DNA of 64,000 nt from an uncultured Alphaproteobacteria bacterium. GTDB taxonomy: Bacteria > Pseudomonadota > Alphaproteobacteria > Rhodobacterales > Rhodobacteraceae. Made by a program: the position numbers and the translations under genes. How positions within the stretch are numbered: the first letter of the stretch is position 1; each line of letters starts with the position of its first letter. Location of the stretch: NCBI GenBank assembly GCA_902531755.1, contig CACAFI010000002.1:12321-76320 (forward strand). The letters are read 5' to 3'. Positions 36,079 through 44,664 of the stretch are shown one piece after another. The notes below the pieces were generated by a model. It had not been told where the DNA came from. It was given only the letters and a program-made list of their open reading frames with translations, and did not search any database.

Positions 36079-36792
36079 TTGGAGCTTTTACTTTACACCA
36101 CTATTGTAATAGTTTGCTTTGTTCAATCCATATTTGGAGTAGGAGTACTTTTATTAGGAACACCAACATTACTTATATTAGGTTATTCTTTTGTTGAGAC
36201 ACTGTCTCATTTGTTACCATTGTCACTTTTAATTAACTGCCTTCAGATCTATAACAATGGAAAAATAGTAGATTGGAACTTCATCAAACTTCTTCTTTTT
36301 TTCTCCATTCCCTCGACTGGTATTTGTCTGTATCTATCCTTATATTTTAGTTTTGATATTAGCCTAATTTTAGGCATATTTATGGTGATGTTAGCTCTAA
36401 AAAATACCACTCAAAAAATTGAAAAAGTTTTCAGTTTTTTGTTAAAAAAAGATATTGCTGTATTCACTTTCTTAGGGGTAATTCATGGCTTTACTAATTT
36501 GGGTGGCTCGATATTATCCATGAAGATTTTTATCCTTGATTATGATAAAGATATGAAAAGGGCAACAATGGCTACCGCATATTTTTTATTAGCAATAATC
36601 CAACTTTCTATCATTTTTTTAACGCAGCAGAGACTCAAATTTGACCCTACTTTTCTTCTGTTAGGAATAGCAACTTTTATTGTAACAGAACAATTTGTTT
36701 TCAAAAATCTTAGCCTGAAGCTCTTTGATAAGCTTTTTGCATATATAATTTTGATATTTGGTCTAAGCTTAATTATCAAGAGTGTCATATGA
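36079..36792 (+). CDS. TSUP (TauE/SafE) family membrane transporter
   Basis: 237 aa, ~7-8 hydrophobic helices with an internal repeat (GVGVLLLGTP / FTNLGGSIL). TTG start. Confidence 0.7.
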   Translation: MELLLYTTIVIVCFVQSIFGVGVLLLGTPTLLILGYSFVETLSHLLPLSLLINCLQIYNNGKIVDWNFIKLLLFFSIPSTGICLYLSLYFSFDISLILGIFMVMLALKNTTQKIEKVFSFLLKKDIAVFTFLGVIHGFTNLGGSILSMKIFILDYDKDMKRATMATAYFLLAIIQLSIIFLTQQRLKFDPTFLLLGIATFIVTEQFVFKNLSLKLFDKLFAYIILIFGLSLIIKSVI

Positions 36793-37310
36793 TCATCTGG
36801 CTAATTGGAATTTCTGGATCAGGAAAATCTACGTTGGGCAATTTGTTGTTTTCACAAATATCTAAAACGGGAAATAAAGTTCGGTTGATTGATGGCGATA
36901 TCGTTAGAGATTTTTTTAACAATGATCTTGGTTATTCTAGAAAAGCTAGAGAAGAAAATATAAAAAGAATAATCTATGGTGCTTATCTATTAGAAAACGA
37001 AAATATTATCACCATTGTGTGCAACATCTCACCTTTTCAAAAACTAAGATACTTCTGCAGGAATAACTTTAAACAATATATAGAGATTTATTTAGAAAAA
37101 GATTATGAAACAGCAAAAATAAATGATTTTAAGGGTGTCTATAAAAATAACAAGATCTTGTCCAACGATATAGTGGGACGTGATATAATGTTTGAAGATC
37201 CAGTTACTTGCGACTTAAGAATTTCAACAGATAATTGCACTATTGAGCATGCGATGAAGCAAATAACTGAATTTCTTAATAATAATACCGACCTAGAGAT
37301 AAAAAGCTAA
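36789..37310 (+). CDS. cysC: Adenylyl-sulfate (APS) kinase
   Basis: IWLIGISGSGKSTLG, LIDGDIVR and LGYSRKAREENIKRI match the CysC pattern. ATGA overlap with the TSUP gene, in an operon with sat. Confidence 0.8.
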   Translation: MIIWLIGISGSGKSTLGNLLFSQISKTGNKVRLIDGDIVRDFFNNDLGYSRKAREENIKRIIYGAYLLENENIITIVCNISPFQKLRYFCRNNFKQYIEIYLEKDYETAKINDFKGVYKNNKILSNDIVGRDIMFEDPVTCDLRISTDNCTIEHAMKQITEFLNNNTDLEIKS

Positions 37311-37475
37311 ACCAGTTTCGAAACAAATCAATTCTTCTTACGCTCTTTAAAAAGACTATAGCAATAAAAACAGTTGTATTTTTATTTTGAGATGTTTGCC
37401 ATAAAATGATGACAACGGATTTTAGTGATGATAAGTATGATTTATAACTAATAATATAATGTTTGGAACTTAAAT

Positions 37476-37988
37476 TTGGAAAGCTGTAACGGCCATAACT
37501 GGTTTGTAGCACAATATAAGCCCAACTCATTTTTTATAGCAACGAAAAATCTCGAGAGACAAGGTTGTACAACATTTATGCCACTAGTGGAGTTAACTAG
37601 TAGGAAAAAGACAAGTTTCTTGACGGAGAAAAAGCCCTTATTCCCAGGGTATATATTCATTTCATTTGATGAAAAGAAATTCCACTGGTCGGCAATCAAC
37701 AATACATTAGGCTTGAGCAGATTATTAGTTATGGATAATCATCCACAAATTGTACCAAAATCTTTCATTCAATCTCTAAAGGCTAGGTGTGATAACAACG
37801 GGAAACTGTTAAAAAAACCATCTATCGAAATCGGCTCTAGAGTTGAGGTAATAAAAGGGCCATTCTCTAAGGTCATCGGAGCAATTGAAACAATACACCC
37901 TGAAAAACGGCTTTCGTTCCTATTTGAAATTCTAGGAAGACAAACAAAAATAACGCTACCTAAGTCTGATGTGATGAATATAACTTAG
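37476..37988 (+). CDS. rfaH: RfaH-like specialised NusG paralog (transcription antiterminator)
   Basis: Aligns by eye along its whole length with E. coli RfaH: WFVAQYKPNS, NLERQG, KKPLFPGYIFISFD, INNTLGLSRLL, IVPKSFI. The KOW region is IGSRVEVIKGPFSKVIGAI. TTG start. Confidence 0.8.
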   Translation: MESCNGHNWFVAQYKPNSFFIATKNLERQGCTTFMPLVELTSRKKTSFLTEKKPLFPGYIFISFDEKKFHWSAINNTLGLSRLLVMDNHPQIVPKSFIQSLKARCDNNGKLLKKPSIEIGSRVEVIKGPFSKVIGAIETIHPEKRLSFLFEILGRQTKITLPKSDVMNIT

Positions 37989-38644
37989 TAACCTTAGTTC
38001 TATATGAGACGGCATTTATATTTTAGCTGTTGTGATCTTGGACAAGATTAAACGCTTCAATAGATTTGTTTTTCATATTTCTGATAGCGCGTTCAGACTT
38101 GCATGGTAGAAATTGAGAAATAAATCAGGAGTGCTAGATTTATCGTTTCATAGTCTTCAATATAGCTATATTCTGTCTTTCAAGCGATATGGAACAGTGC
38201 CAGAAGTTATTGTATTTCGTTATAGCCATTATTACGCTATTTGCAAATTTCACATAAGAGATAATATAACCAATGGCACTATGTTGCTAAATGAAGCATT
38301 AAGCAATACCAAAAATATAAGCTGCACCCCGACAATATTTTTAGCTGTTTTTTTGAAATTCCTCTAACTCCTTTTGATATTCACTTTTCTCTGCTTCATC
38401 GTTCAAGAACTTTGCTAACACCAAAGGTTACAGCCCAGTAAACAATTCAATAATAAAAAAATTAAAGGACCTTTTTTTTCCTTTTTTAATTATCAGAGTC
38501 CTATAAAATTATACTTCCAAGAGCAGATCTGTCTTAGGCAACCACAATTTGGTCACAAAAAAAGAAAAATGGTTGAACCTGAGACATTAAAACAGAGTGC
38601 CGTTGCATCCGTATATGTGGCATAGATCATTAATTCAAATTAAG

Positions 38645-38721
<77 letters not shown>

Positions 38722-38760
38722 AGTAGATTAATTACATTAAGTTGTGTTGTTTGTCCAATC

Positions 38761-39798
38761 TTAATTATTTCTCAAAATGATATTCAAGGGGGTTTTATCC
38801 CTTTCTCTTACCAACTCAAAACTACCACCCTTTGTCCACCCCCATATCATATTTCTTGCTTCATCTTTTTCAAAAAGTTTTACCATTTTATTGAGAATAT
38901 TTCTCTTTATAGATTTAGAGCAGGGTAAAAAATCAATCAATATCTTTCCACCTATTCCTAATATTCGGATCAAGTAATATATCTCATCACATGCTTTAGA
39001 ATTCAATTCATCTGCACTTATACTTAGTACTTTCCCCGAATTCACATCAATAGTATAAAAAGAATCTGTTTGCTCGAGGATTAGGTATGATCCCTCACCA
39101 AAAAACACTTTCTTTCTTGTGAGTTTTTCTAATAAATCCCAAATTCCAAGTCTTTCAAATATCCCCCTTTCCTCCTTTACAAAGTACAGAGACCAATCAA
39201 ATCTTTTAGCAGAAATACATCTTGCAAATCCATCATGAAACTCATTTCCCTTATTTAGCGAATTTATCATTTCATCTTTCGTTTCAAGTATCAGCTTTAG
39301 ATTTTCTTCAATTCCTTTTAAATCAAGTTGACAAATAGCCGATCTGCAAAGAACAAAAATGTTGGAATGTCTTTTTAAAATGAATTCAATAAGATGGGTA
39401 GCTTTCTCTTTATCAACGCTTTTTGGAGTTTTTTTTGAAAAAGAGATGCCTCTTTTACCCAATTGAAGCACAAAATATTTTGAGATCAGCTTCAATTGAT
39501 CCGTAAACGTTTGAGCCTTTTCTGAATCAAAATAAACTTTAGACAGTACATTCACAACTTTCCCCTGATCATATTGATTTTTAGATTTAAGAAACCCTTC
39601 TTCTCCACTTGGCAAGGATATAAAATATCCTCCACGATTTGGTAATTTTCTTAATACTTTTGCTTTTACAAAGGTGTTAGGTGGATAGAAGCGTGCATTA
39701 ATTGGTGGATCAATAAATACGTCTATTACCATACCCTTGTCATATATGATAACAGCATCACCTTGTCCGAATTTATCAATAAATATTTCTGCAGTCAT
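38761..39798 (-). CDS. Ribonuclease E/G family protein (short RNase G-like)
   Basis: The N-terminus MTAEIFID matches the E. coli RNase G MTAELLVN. An S1-like segment (AKVLRKLPNRGGYFISLP) and the IDVNSGK catalytic motif are present. The track ORF begins 12 codons earlier, at 39834. Confidence 0.75.
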   Translation of the reverse strand: MTAEIFIDKFGQGDAVIIYDKGMVIDVFIDPPINARFYPPNTFVKAKVLRKLPNRGGYFISLPSGEEGFLKSKNQYDQGKVVNVLSKVYFDSEKAQTFTDQLKLISKYFVLQLGKRGISFSKKTPKSVDKEKATHLIEFILKRHSNIFVLCRSAICQLDLKGIEENLKLILETKDEMINSLNKGNEFHDGFARCISAKRFDWSLYFVKEERGIFERLGIWDLLEKLTRKKVFFGEGSYLILEQTDSFYTIDVNSGKVLSISADELNSKACDEIYYLIRILGIGGKILIDFLPCSKSIKRNILNKMVKLFEKDEARNMIWGWTKGGSFELVRERDKTPLNIILRNN

Positions 39799-40363
39799 TT
39801 TTTCTAGAATAAAAACCCATTGTTCTGAGAACATTGATTAATTTTGGCAAGGGGAGCCCGACAACGTTGGAAAAGCATCCAGAAATAAAGGGGAAAAAAC
39901 TTAACGCTCTTCCCTGAATGCTATATGAACCAGCTTTCCCAAGCCACTCTTCACCTGTTAAATATTCATCAATTTCCTGATCCGAAATTGTTTTCATCTT
40001 GAGCTGAGTTATGACCGTTTCATTTCGAAATAAACCCTGATGTCTTACACAGAAAGATGTATAGACATTATGTCGCCTACCTGACAACCTCCTTAAATGA
40101 GTTTTTGCTAAATCTCTATTGTTAGTCTTATCCAAAACTTCCCTACCCATCGACACTATAGTATCTGCTGTTATAAGGTAGGAGTCTCCTACTAAACCTA
40201 GAGCCATTGACTTCTCTATAGCCATTCTCTTTACATAGCAAAGTGGCAATTCCTTTTTTTTTTTGTTTTCATCGATTTTAGGCGACAGAATTTCGTCTGG
40301 GATAAGTCCAATAGAATAAAGCAAACCTTTTCTAGCCACGCTACTTGAACCAAGTACTAGCAA
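39776..40363 (-). CDS. maf: Maf-like nucleoside triphosphate pyrophosphatase
   Basis: LVLGSSSVARKGLL N-terminus and GKAGSYSIQG motif. TTG start 1 nt after the infA stop. Confidence 0.85.
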   Translation of the reverse strand: MLVLGSSSVARKGLLYSIGLIPDEILSPKIDENKKKKELPLCYVKRMAIEKSMALGLVGDSYLITADTIVSMGREVLDKTNNRDLAKTHLRRLSGRRHNVYTSFCVRHQGLFRNETVITQLKMKTISDQEIDEYLTGEEWLGKAGSYSIQGRALSFFPFISGCFSNVVGLPLPKLINVLRTMGFYSRKNDCRNIY

Positions 40364-40364
40364 A

Positions 40365-40583
40365 TTACTTATATCTATAGTTTATTCTGCCTTTGGTAAG
40401 GTCATAGGGCGTCATCTCCACCTGAACTTTATCACCAGCTAAAACTCTAATTCTATTTTTCCTCATCTTACCAGCTGTATGTGCAATTATTTCATGTCCA
40501 TTTTCCAACTCGACCCTGAAAGTCGCGTTTGGTAGTAATTCTTTGACGAGGCCTGGAAATTCAAGCATTTCTTCTTTTGCCAT
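40365..40583 (-). CDS. infA: Translation initiation factor IF-1
   Basis: [72 protein letters not shown] is a full 72-aa IF-1. The track ORF (to 40649) adds a spurious 22-aa extension. Confidence 0.95.
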   Translation of the reverse strand: MAKEEMLEFPGLVKELLPNATFRVELENGHEIIAHTAGKMRKNRIRVLAGDKVQVEMTPYDLTKGRINYRYK

Positions 40584-40645
40584 ATATAAAACCCTTTCGT
40601 ATGCGTTTTTATATTTTTTTTTAAAAAAAATAAAGATTTTTTTAT

Positions 40646-41101
40646 TCAAATCAAAAAATTATGAAACCTTGTTAATATTTTCTCGTAAATTACATCTCTT
40701 GTTTGCCTGTAAGATTTAATTGTTCCATTTATATCATGATCATTTTTCTTTGGCTCGTCGATTTTCCAGTTTTCAATTTCTAAACTACAAAATTTCGAAA
40801 ACCTCTCTACCTCTATCAATGACTGTTTTGTCATAGGAATAATTAAATCAAAACCACCAACGAAGCCTCCTTGACTCTCTACCTCGGCAAGAGATCTAAC
40901 CCTATGCTGATTAAGCTTCACATCGATTTCATTACATACTCTTACTGTAAAACCATCTATCTCAACTGAGTCAAAAACTCCGGCTGACTGTACAAATATT
41001 CTATTCCCAATCAACTTTTTAAAAATTCCCTCAGCCATGGGAGATCTGATTGAGTTGAAATCACAACAAAAAAGCACTGATTGAATAAATTTATTTTTCA
41101 C
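40646..41101 (-). CDS. Low-molecular-weight phosphotyrosine phosphatase / ArsC-like family protein
   Basis: Active-site CX5R(S) loop [20 protein letters not shown] start. Confidence 0.8.
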   Translation of the reverse strand: MKNKFIQSVLFCCDFNSIRSPMAEGIFKKLIGNRIFVQSAGVFDSVEIDGFTVRVCNEIDVKLNQHRVRSLAEVESQGGFVGGFDLIIPMTKQSLIEVERFSKFCSLEIENWKIDEPKKNDHDINGTIKSYRQTRDVIYEKILTRFHNFLI

Positions 41102-41572
41102 TTAAGATCTCTCATACGTGAGCACATACACCAATGTGAATATTCGTCGGGCAGTCTCCATATCGGTTTTCACTCTTCCCTCTAATCTTTCCATTATAAC
41201 ACGAGCACCCTCATTATGAATTCCTTTGCGACCCATATCTATGGCTTCGATTTTATCTAATGGTAGTTGTTTAACCGCATTAAAATAGCTTTCACAAATC
41301 GTAGAATAGTCATTTATTATTTGTCTCAGTGGTGTTAGAGAAAGAAAAAAAGTTTTTAATATTTCGTCTTTTTCAGAGTTTACCTCTAAAACAAGGGAGT
41401 TGCCCTTTGAGGAGATATTTAAAACAAAAAAATTTAACGATTCAAATCCTACAAGTTGAAAAAAATTACTATGCTTTAAATCATAGATAGCGAGGTTTTG
41501 TTCTTGGAGCACTTCAGGGGTTGGCAGATTGAAATCATCCTGCTTAATATTTATTGAGGTTAGTTTTGGCAT
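41102..41572 (-). CDS. UPF0262 family protein
   Basis: 156 aa. It occupies the conserved position between hisD and the LMW phosphatase, as in many alphaproteobacteria. The family assignment comes from synteny and general sequence character only. Confidence 0.6.
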   Translation of the reverse strand: MPKLTSINIKQDDFNLPTPEVLQEQNLAIYDLKHSNFFQLVGFESLNFFVLNISSKGNSLVLEVNSEKDEILKTFFLSLTPLRQIINDYSTICESYFNAVKQLPLDKIEAIDMGRKGIHNEGARVIMERLEGRVKTDMETARRIFTLVYVLTYERS

Positions 41573-41582
41573 TGATTTTTTT

Positions 41583-42878
41583 TTAAAGATCTTTAAGCCT
41601 TTCTGATATCGAAAGGGAATGTGCTTGAAGGCCCTCTGAGTCAGCTAATCTGACAACTGATGACCCAAGCTTTTTAAATCCATTTTTGTTAACTTTAGTA
41701 ACAGATACTCTCTTAAGAAAATCAAAAACTGATAACGCCGATGAAAACTTCGCTGTTCCAGCTGTAGGTAGTATATGGTTCGAACCCGTGATATAGTCTC
41801 CCATAGCTTCAGGAGACCAGTAGCCTAAAAAGACTGATCCAGCGTTTTTTATAAGACCTAGTTGTTTTTTAGCCTCTGAAAAACAAAGTTGCAAATGTTC
41901 TGGAGCAATTATGTTAGCAATCTCAATTCCCTTTTTGAAATTGGGAACGATAACAATAGCACCAAAATTTTTCCAACTAGATCTAGCAATTTCTTTTCTT
42001 TTTAGCTTTGTCAGATAATTATCAATTTCTCTTCCTACCTCTAATGCATATTCTCGATCATTAGTAATTAGAATAGATTGAGCGTTTTCATCATGCTCTG
42101 CTTGCGATAACAAATCTATTGCCGCAATTTTCTTTGGCATACTTTTATCACAAATAAGCAAAACTTCTGACGGTCCAGCAACCGAGTCTATGCCAACTTT
42201 ACCAAAAACTTGCCTTTTTGCTTCTGCAACATACTCATTACCTGGTCCAGTAATTTTATTGACTTTTTGTATAGCTTCCGTACCAAAAGCTAGTGCAGCT
42301 ATAGCTTGAGCTCCTCCCAATCGTAATATTTGAGTAACATTCAAGCGATAGGAGGCATATAATGTTAATGGATTATAAATACCGTTTGGGCTAGGCGACA
42401 CCAAAATAATGTCTTCGACTCCAGCTACCCGTGCAGGAGAAAGATTCATAATGGCTGAAGATGGGTATGACGCTTTACCGCCAGGTACATAAACGCCAAC
42501 ACGGTCAATAGGCCTCCATACCCATCCTAGTTCAATACCTAATTGATCCTTCCAATTGACATTTGAGGGCATTTGCTTTTGGTGATATTCTAAAATGCGA
42601 TTGATAGATAGATCGATTGCCTCTCTATCTTGTTTTTTACATTTATCTATACTGTCCAGAATATCGGATGACTTAAAAAATATTCCTGACTTTCTTAAAT
42701 CAAGCTTATCAAATTTTTTAGTATATTCAAATAAAGCCTGGTCTCCTCTAGTTTTAACGTCAGCAATTATTTTTCTCACTGAGTCACTAATGTCAGTTTT
42801 TGCGTAGCCTCTCGCCTTTAAAAAATTTCGAAACTCAGTCGAAAACTTTGCATCATCAGAAAAGAAAATATTAGACAT
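41583..42878 (-). CDS. hisD: Histidinol dehydrogenase
   Basis: 431 aa with GPGNEYVAEAKRQVFG, QAEHDENA and HILPTAGTAKFSSALSV motifs. Confidence 0.95.
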   Translation of the reverse strand: MSNIFFSDDAKFSTEFRNFLKARGYAKTDISDSVRKIIADVKTRGDQALFEYTKKFDKLDLRKSGIFFKSSDILDSIDKCKKQDREAIDLSINRILEYHQKQMPSNVNWKDQLGIELGWVWRPIDRVGVYVPGGKASYPSSAIMNLSPARVAGVEDIILVSPSPNGIYNPLTLYASYRLNVTQILRLGGAQAIAALAFGTEAIQKVNKITGPGNEYVAEAKRQVFGKVGIDSVAGPSEVLLICDKSMPKKIAAIDLLSQAEHDENAQSILITNDREYALEVGREIDNYLTKLKRKEIARSSWKNFGAIVIVPNFKKGIEIANIIAPEHLQLCFSEAKKQLGLIKNAGSVFLGYWSPEAMGDYITGSNHILPTAGTAKFSSALSVFDFLKRVSVTKVNKNGFKKLGSSVVRLADSEGLQAHSLSISERLKDL

Positions 42879-42879
42879 T

Positions 42880-44145
42880 CTAAAGCCTTTTTATGACTGC
42901 GCCACAAGCAGTGAGTTTTTCAATAATATTTTCATATCCTCTGTCTATATGATGAATTTTATCAATTACAGTGTTTCCATTAGCAACCAACCCAGCCAAA
43001 ACCATTGAAACGGAGGCACGAAGATCTGTTGCTTGGACTGGCGCTCCCTTTAATTGATCGACTCCCGATATAATAGCTTTTCGTCCATCTATTTTAATAT
43101 TAGCGCCCATTCTTATAAGTTCAGGCACATGCATAAATCGATTTTCAAAAATTTTTTCTTCAATATTCGACACTCCGTTTGCGATTGATAATAAGGCCAT
43201 CATTTGAGCCTGAAGATCTGTTGGAAAGCCGGGAAAGGGTTCGGTCACGATGTTAGTACAATTGATTACGTTGCTTTTTAATCTTTTTACCCTCAAATGA
43301 TCAGAAGCTTGAGTCACCTCAACACCTACTTCATGAAGCTTATTAATGAAGGCCTCAAGAAGAGCGATATTACCGCCAGTTAACTTGATTTCTCCGTCAG
43401 AGATCGCCGCAGCGATTATATAGGTGCCAAGTTCAATTCTATCCATAACCACTTCATGTGTCGTTTCTCTGAGGTTAGTTACGCCCTCTATAATAATAGT
43501 GTTTTCTCCCTCACCTTCAATTTCACAACCCATTGATTTTAAACACTTACACAAATCAATAATCTCTGGTTCTCTAGCTGCATTTACTAATTCAGTTGTT
43601 CCTTTAGCAAGAACGGCTGCCATTATCGTATTTGCTGTTGCGCCAACTGACACAAATGGAAACTTTATTTTACATCCTTTCAACGAACCTGCTACCATTC
43701 CTTTTACGTATCCTTTGTCAATTGAAAAGCGTGCACCAAGCGCTTCCAACGCCATGAGGTGCATATCCACCGGTCTTGCGCCTATGGCACACCCTCCTGG
43801 AAGTGCAACTATTCCTTGACCAAACCTAGTTAATAAAGGACCTAAAACAAGAATAGACGCCCTCATTTTTTTTACTATATTGTAATCTGCCAGAAACAAC
43901 CCTTCTCTTAATAATTTGATTTTAATCGTTTTTTTTAAGTTGTGAAATGAAGCCTCACAACCGAGGCTTTCTAGTAACTCCTTCATTGTGTGAACATCGG
44001 ATAAAAGCGGGACATTATTCAAACTTAATGCTTGATCGCTGAGTAAAGAAAGTGGCATTAGAGTTAAACACGAGTTTTTCGCGCCAGCAATGGGTATACT
44101 CCCGGATAGCTTTTTTCCACCTTCAATGAAAATTTTCTCTTTCAA
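42880..44145 (-). CDS. murA: UDP-N-acetylglucosamine 1-carboxyvinyltransferase
   Basis: IAGAKNS N-terminus, LPGGCAIGARPVDMH active-site Cys loop. 421 aa, TTG start. Confidence 0.95.
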   Translation of the reverse strand: MKEKIFIEGGKKLSGSIPIAGAKNSCLTLMPLSLLSDQALSLNNVPLLSDVHTMKELLESLGCEASFHNLKKTIKIKLLREGLFLADYNIVKKMRASILVLGPLLTRFGQGIVALPGGCAIGARPVDMHLMALEALGARFSIDKGYVKGMVAGSLKGCKIKFPFVSVGATANTIMAAVLAKGTTELVNAAREPEIIDLCKCLKSMGCEIEGEGENTIIIEGVTNLRETTHEVVMDRIELGTYIIAAAISDGEIKLTGGNIALLEAFINKLHEVGVEVTQASDHLRVKRLKSNVINCTNIVTEPFPGFPTDLQAQMMALLSIANGVSNIEEKIFENRFMHVPELIRMGANIKIDGRKAIISGVDQLKGAPVQATDLRASVSMVLAGLVANGNTVIDKIHHIDRGYENIIEKLTACGAVIKRL

Positions 44146-44156
44146 ATGAACCCCAG

Positions 44157-44282
44157 CTAATCTAATTTTTTTTTTACTTTTCTTAATTTAATATTTCTTT
44201 TCAAGGCATCTGCCAACTTTTCTTCCCGAGTTTTCTTTTTTGTTTTTTTACCATTTTTTATATCAACTCGCGAATTCGACAT
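44157..44282 (-). CDS. Small lysine-rich hypothetical protein (41 aa) upstream of murA
   Basis: Below the ORF-track size cut-off. Manual translation gives MSNSRVDIKNGKKTKKKTREEKLADALKRNIKLRKVKKKLD*. It ends 11 nt before the murA start. No RBS check or homology search was possible. Confidence 0.3.
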   Translation of the reverse strand: MSNSRVDIKNGKKTKKKTREEKLADALKRNIKLRKVKKKLD

Positions 44283-44356
44283 TGAATACAACCTTTTACT
44301 TTACAGAAATGATTTAACTATATAATACAACTTAAAAAAAAACTAAAGAGTTACTT

Positions 44357-44431
44357 GCTGCCGTAGCTCAGGGGTAGAGCACTCCCTTGGTAAGGGAGAG
44401 GCCGAGAGTTCAAATCTCTCCGGCAGCACCA
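44357..44431 (+). tRNA. tRNA-Thr (GGT)
   Basis: GCTGCCGTAGCTCAGGGGTAGAGCACTCCCTTGGTAAGGGAGAGGCCGAGAGTTCAAATCTCTCCGGCAGCACCA. Anticodon arm is CTCCC-TTGGTAA-GGGAG. CCA is encoded. Confidence 0.95.
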
Positions 44432-44664
44432 GCCTTTAAAGATTCTATAGAGATTTACAACAAATAAAATCAAATGCTAACATTTTATATACGACAGAAA
44501 AATTAATCTCCATAAACTCAGATATTCTTTGAAAAAGTTTTTAAAATGAGGCAGAGATTTATTTATGCAGGTAGAGCTAGAAATCAAAGTTCAGATGTTG
44601 TGTTTGCGTAACGGTTTCGATTTAATGATTGTAAAGGAAATTTGAAAATGAAAGATTATCAAAT

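Noticed and set aside
38113-38367. 84-aa ORF in the spacer next to tRNA-Phe
   Set aside because: It has no Shine-Dalgarno sequence and an odd composition rich in Tyr/Phe/Ser/Ile. It shows no motif and sits in otherwise non-coding sequence, so it is treated as a chance ORF.
40584-40649. 22-codon N-terminal extension of infA in the ORF track
   Set aside because: IF-1 is a conserved 72-aa protein beginning MAKEE. The extension is Lys/Phe-rich spacer sequence.
43424-43819. 131-aa ORF antisense to murA, and similar antisense ORFs at 34818-35183, 48461-48880, 24423-24749, 54756-55085 and 61356-61649
   Set aside because: All lie fully inside well-supported genes on the opposite strand. They have low-complexity, Ser/Pro/Leu/Phe-rich sequences typical of shadow frames.
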